Shown: one piece after another, positions 29,017 to 36,699 of the stretch
How positions within the stretch are numbered: the stretch's first letter is position 1
Layout: the number at the start of each line of letters is the position of its first letter
Virus record (IMG/VR): IMGVR_UViG_3300038393_002515
Direction: 5' to 3' (one strand)
From: a virus
DNA: 64,000 bases
Program-made: the position numbers and the translations under genes
Notes under the pieces: generated by a model
Seen by the model: the letters and a program-made list of their open reading frames with translations, nothing else
The model's database searches: none
Told to the model about the DNA's origin: nothing

Positions 29017-31760
29017 CCGAGCACAGCGCCACCGAGTTCTTCCGCACGGCCGCAGGCATCCCCGAGGGCGCGCCCAAGGGCCTCGCGACCAGCGAGCAGA
29101 CCTGGGGCCACTACCGGGCCGAGCACGCCGCCTTCAAGGACACGGACCAGCGGCAGTACCCGAGCACCAAGGCGGCCCAGCAGCACGCCGACGAGATCTG
29201 CGACAAGGAGGGCCTGCCGCGCGTCAAGGTGCGCGCGCACCGCTCACCGAACCCGAACTACTCGCGCTACGACTCGCAGCTCTACGTGAAGCCCGAGCGC
29301 CAGTACATGCCGGTGGTCTCCCTCGGGAAGTCCTCCTACAACGAGGGCGTGCTGATCCACGAGCTGGCGCACCACAAGCACTTCACGACGACGTTCCCCG
29401 ACGGCAAGGTGGACCCCGAGGGGCGGGAGAAGTACTTCGCCGACGACGAGGGCGGCCACGGCGCAGGCTTTCAGCAGCACTACCACCAGATGATCTCCGA
29501 CCACCACAGCGGCGGCAGCGACTTCGCCGACTCCGTACGAAGCCACGCCGCAGAGGGCGGCTTCTGGAAGGCGTCCGCACTGCAGGCCGAGCCCACGGGG
29601 GAGGAGGGGCCACTGAACGAGTCACTCGTCTGCCTCTCACCCACCGCCAGCCGCGAGACGAGCGAACCACACACCGCGACCGCGTTCTTCCGTGGCGCGT
29701 ACGATGCCCCCGAAGGAGGAGGCCATGGATCTGGACGAGCAGACCGACGAGATGATGTCTCCCGAGGTCGAGGCGGAGATCCTGCACCGGCAGGAGACCG
29801 CCGACGACCGCAGCCCGGTCAGCATGAACGAGCTGAAGCGGCGCCTCGCCGAGTCCACGCTTCAGCCGAGGTAGAACGCCACCCCGAGCTGCAGGGCGAC
29901 CTGGACCGCCTCGGCGGTGGCGCCCGGCACGTGCAGGACACCATCACCGCTCTGCAGCACGGGCACTCCAGCGTGAGCACCTACCCGCTCTCACACCCGC
30001 TGGAGGGCTGGCACGCCGCCATCACCTCCGGCGGCCACCAGGTCGTCCACCGCGTCGACCCCGACACCAAGACCCTTCACGTCGGCTACGCCGGACACAA
30101 CATCGCTGATGCCGAGGAACGCCTGGGTGCCAGTGGGGGAGAGGGCAGCTCCCTGCCGGTGGAGTTCCACAAGGGCGCGGAGAAGGACTTCGACAGCCTC
30201 CACCCCGAGGTCCAGGAGAAGGCTCTCAACACCATCGACCGCCTCGCGCGCGGCGAGCAGCACAAGTTCGACCACGCCCTGACAGGTAAGCACTGGGAGA
30301 CCGGCGGCTGGCGATCGGCCCGCGCCGACTTCCTGCACCGCGTCACCCACCGCTTCGAGGACAACGAGGGCAACCCCGTCTCGGCGCCCGAGCGCGCGGC
30401 CCGGCTGTTCATCGGCCACATCGGCCCCCACAACTACGAGGCCGCCCAGAAGCGCCTGTCCAGCCTGACGGCGTGGTTCCGGACAGCCAGCCTGCCGCAG
30501 GAGTGGTACCACGGCTCCGGTGCCGCCTTCGACCGCTTCGACATGAGCAAGAACAAGACGGTCCAGGACGATGACGACGCCAAGCACTGGAACAGCCACC
30601 TCGGCGCCCACTTCACCAGCGACCACCGCGTCGCCCAGGAGTTCGCGCAGCGCCAGGGCGGCGGCCACGTCTACCACGCCCGGCTCGACCTGCAGAACCC
30701 CAAGCACTACGAGTCCGAGCACGACCTGGACCGGGAAGCTGCTCACTGGGCCCATGCCAACGGGCACGACCTTGGGCCGACGATGAGCAACCCGGCCTAC
30801 CGGGAGCAGACCGAGCCGGACGAGTGGCAGTTCCTCATCAAGTACAACGACGAGGGTCACCCCAGGCCGGAGGCCCGCGAGATAGCCCACGGCTTCCGCA
30901 AGCACCTGCAGGCCCAGGGGCACGACGGCATTACCTACGGCAATGAGTTCGAGGGCGCCCACAACGGCTTCCACGCTGGAGAGCGGCACCTGTCCGCCAT
31001 CGCCTTCCACCCCGACCAGATCCAGATCACCCAGCGGCACGGCGGCGCCGAGGACCACGAGCCCCGCACTGCTGCTACCAGAGGCGTCGACAACGAGGGT
31101 CACCCCGTTGAACTCGACGACATCGACGGCTGGCACCATGCCGACGGATCCGTCTCTCATGACGATGGCACCACCATCTCTGACCACCCGGTCCGCGTGA
31201 CCGAGGCCGAAGAGCGGCTCATGCAGCGGCAGGCGGCCGCCGTGACGTACGACGACGGCATCATGGTGGCTTTCGTGCCGCCGCCCGAGATAGCCGCCCA
31301 ACTCGCCCAGGACGGCGGGCAGACGGCCGATGATCTGCACATCACCCTGGCCTACCTGGGCCATGTGGCTGACTACACTCCCGAGCAGCTTTCACTGCTG
31401 CCACAGCTGGTTTCAGCCTGGGCAATGCGCCAAAAGCCGGTTACGATCCGCATCGGAGGCGTTGGGACGTTCAACAACGCCTACAAGAACCAGCACGTCC
31501 TGTGGGCGCACCCCGACATCCCGGGTGGAGTTCAGATGCACGTCAGCCTGGTCCGCGAGCTGGAGCGCTACAAGTTCCGGCTCCCCAGCGAGCACGGCTG
31601 GACACCCCACATGACGCTGCAGTACGTCAACCAGCACCACCGCTTCATGCCGCAGCTGCCACAGATCGGCTGGGAAGCGACCGAGGTGGTCACCTTCATC
31701 GGAACGGCCCGCCACGCCGCTCGCCTCGGCTCCCGTCCCAGCACAACCACCACGCTCTAG
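29013..31760 (+). CDS. polyvalent multi-domain effector protein 2 (HExxH peptidase, two RelE/ParE-like, ART-PolyVal-like, 2H phosphoesterase)
   Basis: 915 codons are open in one frame. Motifs: HELAH; two RelE-like folds; WYHGS..HFTS..YGNEFEG; HITL and HMTL. Codons 29712-29876 look off-frame, so the gene structure is uncertain. Confidence 0.6.
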   Translation: MTEHSATEFFRTAAGIPEGAPKGLATSEQTWGHYRAEHAAFKDTDQRQYPSTKAAQQHADEICDKEGLPRVKVRAHRSPNPNYSRYDSQLYVKPERQYMPVVSLGKSSYNEGVLIHELAHHKHFTTTFPDGKVDPEGREKYFADDEGGHGAGFQQHYHQMISDHHSGGSDFADSVRSHAAEGGFWKASALQAEPTGEEGPLNESLVCLSPTASRETSEPHTATAFFRGAYDAPEGGGHGSGRADRRDDVSRGRGGDPAPAGDRRRPQPGQHERAEAAPRRVHASAEVERHPELQGDLDRLGGGARHVQDTITALQHGHSSVSTYPLSHPLEGWHAAITSGGHQVVHRVDPDTKTLHVGYAGHNIADAEERLGASGGEGSSLPVEFHKGAEKDFDSLHPEVQEKALNTIDRLARGEQHKFDHALTGKHWETGGWRSARADFLHRVTHRFEDNEGNPVSAPERAARLFIGHIGPHNYEAAQKRLSSLTAWFRTASLPQEWYHGSGAAFDRFDMSKNKTVQDDDDAKHWNSHLGAHFTSDHRVAQEFAQRQGGGHVYHARLDLQNPKHYESEHDLDREAAHWAHANGHDLGPTMSNPAYREQTEPDEWQFLIKYNDEGHPRPEAREIAHGFRKHLQAQGHDGITYGNEFEGAHNGFHAGERHLSAIAFHPDQIQITQRHGGAEDHEPRTAATRGVDNEGHPVELDDIDGWHHADGSVSHDDGTTISDHPVRVTEAEERLMQRQAAAVTYDDGIMVAFVPPPEIAAQLAQDGGQTADDLHITLAYLGHVADYTPEQLSLLPQLVSAWAMRQKPVTIRIGGVGTFNNAYKNQHVLWAHPDIPGGVQMHVSLVRELERYKFRLPSEHGWTPHMTLQYVNQHHRFMPQLPQIGWEATEVVTFIGTARHAARLGSRPSTTTTL
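29725..29874 (+). CDS. embedded +1-frame ORF, antitoxin-like (49 aa)
   Basis: GAAGGAGGAGG SD precedes the ATG. Only 3 of 49 codons end in A/T, against 36 of 55 in the host frame. The SPEVEAEILHRQE...SMNELKRRL tail resembles addiction-module antitoxin components. Confidence 0.5.
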   Translation: MDLDEQTDEMMSPEVEAEILHRQETADDRSPVSMNELKRRLAESTLQPR

Positions 31761-31796
31761 GTCCCGCCAGACGAGAGCAGTCAGGAGAGCACAGCA

Positions 31797-32588
31797 GTGA
31801 CCACCGCCACTCCCTCCAAGCCCATCCCCACCCACTACCAGGACGTCATCAGCAAGGCGCAGGCGATGGGCTGGGACGTGGAGCGCAACCCGTCCAGCGT
31901 CAAGGTCGTCCCGCCCAAGGGCTCGAAGATCAAGCCGTTCTCCCTGTCCCGGACCACGCCGCTGGTGCCGCCGCAGCTGGCCAACACGCTGGAGAAGAAC
32001 GGTTTCTCCAGCGCCTACCAGGACTGGCTGAAGAACGAGGGCAAGCGCGAGACGAAGCCCGAGCCGAAGGCCACGGCGGCCACCAAGCCTGAGAAGGAAG
32101 TGCGCGTGTGCCCGGAGTGCGTGGAGCAGGGCGTCGAGACGCCTTTCAGCACCACGCACCCCCCGGCCTTGGGTGTCCACCGCCGCTCCAAGCACGGCGT
32201 CGCTGGCAGCAGCCCTGAGGCCGTCCGTAAGCGGGGGGTCACGGCCGCCAAGAAGGGCGCCGCCAAGAAGACGGCCAAGAAGGCTCCGGCGGCCAAGAAG
32301 ACGGCCCCCGCCCCGGTGCCCGCGCCCCGCACGGCCGTGCCGGTCCCGGCCAAGCAGGAGCCGCTGATCAACATCTCCGGCCTGCCCGTTTCGGTGGCCG
32401 CGCCGCTCGGCGAGCTGCTCAACGCCATCAGTGCGACGAGTGGCGACGCGGAGGACCTGCAGAAGGAGGTCGAGATGCTGCGCGACTTCCGCGACCAGGT
32501 CGAGGCCGAGGTCAGCGACGCCAACAAGCCCCCGGTCCTGGTCGTCGCCAGCATCCACTCCCTGGTCACGGAGATCAAGCAGAAGTAG
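31797..32588 (+). CDS. Lys/Ala-rich (H1/HupS-tail-like) DNA-binding protein with C2H2-like motif
   Basis: CPEC..H....H motif and an AAKKGAAKKTAKKAPAAKKTA repeat. GTG start after AGGAGAG. Confidence 0.55.
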   Translation: MTTATPSKPIPTHYQDVISKAQAMGWDVERNPSSVKVVPPKGSKIKPFSLSRTTPLVPPQLANTLEKNGFSSAYQDWLKNEGKRETKPEPKATAATKPEKEVRVCPECVEQGVETPFSTTHPPALGVHRRSKHGVAGSSPEAVRKRGVTAAKKGAAKKTAKKAPAAKKTAPAPVPAPRTAVPVPAKQEPLINISGLPVSVAAPLGELLNAISATSGDAEDLQKEVEMLRDFRDQVEAEVSDANKPPVLVVASIHSLVTEIKQK

Positions 32589-32617
32589 GCCTCCACCTGG
32601 TGTGATCACCCCCATCC

Positions 32618-32646
32618 TTGTCACGCATCTATGTGTGCGTTAGGGT
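32618..32646 (+). promoter_or_regulatory. promoter-operator block, copy 1 (variant)
   Basis: TTGTCA-N17-TAGGGT. The spacer ACGCATCTATGTGTGCGT is a degenerate form of the 18-bp palindrome. Confidence 0.55.
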
Positions 32647-32687
32647 GGGGGTGTTCCGTTGGCCGCCACAACCGGAGGAGGCGCCCC

Positions 32688-33227
32688 ATGCCCGCCGAAC
32701 GCACGTCGCGCGCAGGAGAGCGCCGTCCCAGCCAGGAGATCGAAGCCGACCCCTTCAGCGTCGACATGTCCGAGATCCCTATGACCCCGGCCATGGTCGC
32801 CCTCCACGAGGCCGCGAAACTGCGCTACCTCGTACGCAAGGCCGAGCAGCTCCTGGACGACATGGTCATCGACGGCTCTCAGCTCACGGTCGCCGAAGGC
32901 CAGCTGATGCAGTTCATCATGCGAGCCCAGGGCAGGCCCTTCACCTGGCGCTCCCAGCTGAAGAAGCTCTTCGAACGCAGGCGCGGCATCAACCTCAGCG
33001 CCCGCACCTGGCGCCAACGCGCCGCTGGCACCATCGGCCTGGGAGAATCCGAGGAGGTCCCTGGCTACATGAACACCGAAACCCTCGCCGCGCTGCGCGA
33101 GCACATCGAGCCCCTCGCCGAACTGGTCGAGAACGCCGAGGCGCTGCGCAAGGAGCAGTTCCCGGCCCTCCAGCGGCGCACCAAGGCCGCCATCGAGGGC
33201 CCGGCCGTCGAGACCGAAGCCGTCTGA
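32688..33227 (+). CDS. hypothetical protein
   Basis: First ORF after block copy 1; GGAGGAG SD. Confidence 0.55.
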   Translation: MPAERTSRAGERRPSQEIEADPFSVDMSEIPMTPAMVALHEAAKLRYLVRKAEQLLDDMVIDGSQLTVAEGQLMQFIMRAQGRPFTWRSQLKKLFERRRGINLSARTWRQRAAGTIGLGESEEVPGYMNTETLAALREHIEPLAELVENAEALRKEQFPALQRRTKAAIEGPAVETEAV

Positions 33228-33331
33228 ACGAGGCAGCGCCCCCGACAAGGTCCCTGTCCGGACCCCAACGGAGGCGCTGCAACGACACGACCATCACCCA
33301 TTTTCCCGCCTAGGAAGAAGCGACGAGGACC

Positions 33332-34324
33332 ATGTCTGCCCCCCAGAGTACCGTCACCAACGCCGTGGTGTCCCACAGCACCACCACCTGGAAGACCAGA
33401 GCCACCCAGGCCGACTGGGACAAGATCATCACGGACGGGATGATCTACCTCCTCGCCGTCGGCGGCTTCTACCTCGGCTACCAGACCCTCTACGACCTCG
33501 CCACCACCGTCGGCTACACCCCCCACCAGGCCTTCGTCGCCGCCGCCCTCGCCGACATCGCGATCCTCGCCTACTCCCGCAAGGCCGTCGCCGAGATCAA
33601 GGCAGGCCGCTCCGCCTGGGGCATCCGCCTCATCGTCGCCGCCTTCTCCCTGGCCACCTTCGGCCTCCAGCTGCGCGCCGCCTGGCCCCACCCCACCGCC
33701 GTCGGCTTCCACGGCATGGCCCCCGCCGTCTGGATCCTCGGCCACGAGATGATGCTCCGAGGCCGCCTGCGCACCGCCAAGGCCGCCCGCCGCGCCGCCC
33801 AGGTCGCCGCCGGACTGCGCCCCGCCCCCCTCCCGGCCATCCGCCTGTCGTGGTGGCTGCTGGACCCGTACCACACCTTCATCATCTGGCGCCTGGTGAA
33901 GCTCTGGGAGAAGCCCCAGGACGAGGTCATCCGTAACGAGGCCGCCAAGCGCAAGGACAAGGGCAAGAACGTCCCCCGCGCCTGGGAGGGCTACCTGCTC
34001 ACCGCCGAGACTCCCGCCGCCGAGGAGACGGCGGAGGAGCCGGAGCAGGAAGAGGAGACCGCGCCGGAGACCGGCCTGTACCGACTGTCCGACCCCACCG
34101 AGAAGGTACCGACCGAGGACTTCGACGCCTTCCTGCTCAACCTCCCCGTCGCCCCGGTCAAGGGCCGCCCCGAAGACAAGGCCATCGAGTACATCCGCGA
34201 AGTCGACAAGCTGGCCGCCAAGGCCGACATCGCCGTCACCGACAGGTTCATCGCCGGACTGCTCGGCGTCCACGCCAGCCGCGTCTGCCGCCTGCGCAAG
34301 GTGATGGCTCCGGCCAACCCCTGA
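33332..34324 (+). CDS. DUF2637-like membrane protein with C-terminal HTH-like segment
   Basis: Four N-terminal TM helices, an acidic linker and IAGLLGVHASRVCRLRK. Confidence 0.45.
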   Translation: MSAPQSTVTNAVVSHSTTTWKTRATQADWDKIITDGMIYLLAVGGFYLGYQTLYDLATTVGYTPHQAFVAAALADIAILAYSRKAVAEIKAGRSAWGIRLIVAAFSLATFGLQLRAAWPHPTAVGFHGMAPAVWILGHEMMLRGRLRTAKAARRAAQVAAGLRPAPLPAIRLSWWLLDPYHTFIIWRLVKLWEKPQDEVIRNEAAKRKDKGKNVPRAWEGYLLTAETPAAEETAEEPEQEEETAPETGLYRLSDPTEKVPTEDFDAFLLNLPVAPVKGRPEDKAIEYIREVDKLAAKADIAVTDRFIAGLLGVHASRVCRLRKVMAPANP

Positions 34325-34345
34325 TACGCCGGTAGGGTGAATGAC

Positions 34346-34387
34346 AGCAGAGCCCAGACGGGAGTGACGGTCCGTCTGGGCTCTGCT
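34346..34387. terminator. bidirectional hairpin terminator
   Basis: 16-bp stem AGCAGAGCCCAGACGG/CCGTCTGGGCTCTGCT between convergent genes. Confidence 0.65.
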
Positions 34388-34731
34388 CACAGGCTGTAGA
34401 AGGCCCGGTTCGACTCGTACAGGTCGTCCGCCACGGTGGCCAGCAGGTCGTCGCTGGAGCCCCGGTCGCACATGGTTCCCAGGTCGGCCTCGAACTGCTT
34501 GACCGTGCTCGTCGAGGGCGCCCCGTCATCGCCGTCCGCACTCTTGGCGTTAGCCAGCAGCTCCTGAGCCGCGTCCCAGCGCTCACTGTCACTCAGGTGC
34601 CCGGCCCAGTCCGAGCACGTCTGCGCCCCGTACGGCACCGAGGAGTCCTTGCCGTCGCCGGAGCTGCTCCCGCACGCGACGGCCGAGGCCGCCAGGACGA
34701 CGGCCGCCAGCAACAGGCCCGCTCTGCACAT
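34387..34731 (-). CDS. probable lipoprotein
   Basis: Signal peptide ending in AVAC followed by GSSSG. Confidence 0.6.
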   Translation of the reverse strand: MCRAGLLLAAVVLAASAVACGSSSGDGKDSSVPYGAQTCSDWAGHLSDSERWDAAQELLANAKSADGDDGAPSTSTVKQFEADLGTMCDRGSSDDLLATVADDLYESNRAFYSL

Positions 34732-34777
34732 CAGTTCCCCACCTCTCCGGCCCGGCCCTCCCCGGCCGGGCGCGGGC

Positions 34778-35113
34778 CTATTGAACCAGGTCCGAGGAGA
34801 CGGCCAGCGCGCGACGGCATTCTTCGATGGCGGTCACGGGGTCCGGCCAGCAGAACAGCTGGTCGACGCTCAGGGCGCTGACGACCTCCACCCAGCCCAT
34901 CTGGGTCCAGGCACGCCCGCCTCCCCGAGCCATGGTGGAGACGCCCCAGCCAGGCTCCTTGGCCGCGCGCTGGCGGCGCACCAGAAGCTCCTCGCCGCCG
35001 TTCTCGGGGACGGGCACGCGGTACTCGGTGGCGTCGGCGGCGAGGGCCTTGGCAGCCGCCAGCTCGGCGCGCAGGCGGGCGATCTCTTCGGCGGGAGTCT
35101 CGGTCTGGCTCAT
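34778..35113 (-). CDS. hypothetical protein
   Basis: ATG 35113 is preceded by CCCGCCAGGAGGGCAC. Confidence 0.5.
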   Translation of the reverse strand: MSQTETPAEEIARLRAELAAAKALAADATEYRVPVPENGGEELLVRRQRAAKEPGWGVSTMARGGGRAWTQMGWVEVVSALSVDQLFCWPDPVTAIEECRRALAVSSDLVQ

Positions 35114-35152
35114 GTGCCCTCCTGGCGGGATGTGAGTTTTCATCATCTCGCA

Positions 35153-35977
35153 TCAGGCCCGCTCCAGTTCGCCGAACGGGCTGGGGGAGAGGGCGACCAT
35201 GTCGGGAGTGATGCGGGTGGGCAGCTCGGGGGCATCGGGGTCAGGGCAGGCGAGGGCCACGACCTGGCGCAGGATGGTGCGCGGCGTGTGCTGGGGGTCG
35301 AGCCGGTTGCCCCGGTAGCTGACCAGGAGCGGGCCCCGGTCCTCGAACGACTGCGGCGGCCGGTGGGTGCGCACCGGCAGGTAGGCGCGGACGGCGGCGC
35401 GGATCTCGTCGGGGAAGGCGTAGCGGCGGGTGCCGCCGCCCTTCTGCCAGACGTCGCCGATCATCCGGCCGGACTGCTCGAAGCGGACGCCGGGCAGCTC
35501 GAACTCGGTGATCTGCCGAGAGCGCAGCCCGGCCAGCTGCAGGTAGGCGAAGAGCCGGTCGCGCTCGGCCGTCTCGCCCTCAAGCTGGTCGGCGCCCCAG
35601 CGCAGCAGCTCCATCTGGCCGGGGGTGAGCAGCTCGGTCCTGGGTGCGTTCCAGGCGCCGGTGCCCATCTTCGGGTCGACCGGCGTGGTCGTGGTGTGCC
35701 CGAAGTGGTGGGCGTAGGTGTAGAAGGCGCCGACGGCGGAGACGCGCAGGGCCCGGGTGCGGATGCTGCCGCCCTGCATGTCGAGCCAGGTGACGAAGTG
35801 GGAGGGGCGGGCGCGCCAGGCGCCGATCTGGACAGTGTCCTCGATGAAGTCGAGCCAGGCACTCACGTGCTCGGCGTACCGCTCGGGGCTGGTGCCCTGC
35901 AGCAGGCGTCCTTGCTTGCCCCGTCGGTCGGGGTTGTTCTCGTCGAGCCAGGTGGCCAGCACGGTGCGCGCGTCCAT
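35153..35977 (-). CDS. tyrosine-recombinase-like protein with degenerate C-terminal catalytic motifs
   Basis: SAM-like N-domain and an AGLRSRQI Arg box. I see no clear HxxR or terminal Tyr box by eye. Confidence 0.5.
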   Translation of the reverse strand: MDARTVLATWLDENNPDRRGKQGRLLQGTSPERYAEHVSAWLDFIEDTVQIGAWRARPSHFVTWLDMQGGSIRTRALRVSAVGAFYTYAHHFGHTTTTPVDPKMGTGAWNAPRTELLTPGQMELLRWGADQLEGETAERDRLFAYLQLAGLRSRQITEFELPGVRFEQSGRMIGDVWQKGGGTRRYAFPDEIRAAVRAYLPVRTHRPPQSFEDRGPLLVSYRGNRLDPQHTPRTILRQVVALACPDPDAPELPTRITPDMVALSPSPFGELERA

Positions 35978-36012
35978 GGCGGACCATCCTGGCACCTGGG
36001 GCTGACAAACGC

Positions 36013-36043
36013 CGAAGGCCCCGTTGTGTACGCGGGGCCTTCG
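36013..36043. terminator. hairpin
   Basis: 11-bp stem CGAAGGCCCCG/CGGGGCCTTCG. Confidence 0.45.
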
Positions 36044-36145
36044 GGTGCTGCGGGCGTTCCCTGTGGAGCAGAGTCGGCCGTCGGCGTTTGGATCCTCGCC
36101 CTGGGCGCTGGTGAGCTTGTTTCGATCCCTCTCGGGCCGTATGAC

Positions 36146-36214
36146 CTCCGCTAGCGCGGAGCCAAGCTCTGAGTCACCCCCGCTGACGCGGGGACCAACT
36201 CCGCTTGCGCGGAG
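36146..36214. repeat. three tandem 16-bp palindromes CYCCGC-N4-GCGGRG
   Basis: Located at 36146-36161, 36178-36193 and 36199-36214. Confidence 0.6.
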
Positions 36215-36314
36215 CGACCGGCGAGGTCCCAGGGCCCTTGCCGGTGAGGAAGACATTACCTGTTCGCGGGCCGGGGTGTGGGCGGTTCGTCGAGATTCAC
36301 CCCAGCGGAGCGCG

Positions 36315-36572
36315 TCAGGACAGGAGTCCCAGCTTGCGCTGGTCGTTGCGGTCGGCGTTCTTGCACTCCCGGTCGCAGTAGGCGGCGTCGGAGCGCTTGC
36401 GCAGGCGTCGGTGGGGGCCGTCGCCGGTGGTGGCGCATGGTGCGTTCTGGGACTGGCACATGGAGCACCAGTCGATGGGGTCGATGTGGGCGCCGCACCA
36501 GGCGCAGTGGCGGGTGCCGTCGCCGTAGACGACGGCCTGCTCGGACTGACGGCGGGCGTACCGGTTCCTCAT
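36315..36572 (-). CDS. zinc-finger protein, probably leaderless
   Basis: CAWCG..CSMC..C..C motifs. TAGGGT lies 6 nt upstream of the ATG on the minus strand. Confidence 0.55.
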   Translation of the reverse strand: MRNRYARRQSEQAVVYGDGTRHCAWCGAHIDPIDWCSMCQSQNAPCATTGDGPHRRLRKRSDAAYCDRECKNADRNDQRKLGLLS

Positions 36573-36594
36573 GGGTTCACCCTACTCAGCATCG

Positions 36595-36610
36595 ACTTCA
36601 TACAAAAGCC
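36595..36610. repeat. AT-rich 16-bp inverted repeat, left arm
   Basis: ACTTCATACAAAAGCC, the reverse complement of 36700-36715. Confidence 0.7.
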
Positions 36611-36699
36611 CAGCCGTTCCCAGGTGAAGGAGTCGGCTGAGGACGGCACGGAAAGTTCGGGGCGGGGCCGCGCGCGTGCGGGTTAGAGGGTGGTGCCTC

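Noticed and set aside
29692-29724. Longer version (60 aa, ATG 29692) of the embedded +1 ORF
   Set aside because: The strong SD lies immediately before ATG 29725. The upstream 11 codons overlap the well-coded end of the FFR junction in the main frame.
34324-34345. GATACGCCGGTAGGGTGAA resembles the right half of the promoter-operator block, possibly an att-type junction of the cargo island
   Set aside because: Only the TAGGGTGAA core matches. There is no -35 and no palindrome, and it runs straight into a terminator hairpin. The evidence is too weak to call.
36110-36135. GTTTCGATCCC looks like a tRNA T-loop next to the recombinase-like gene
   Set aside because: No flanking complementary T-stem or acceptor stem could be drawn on either strand.
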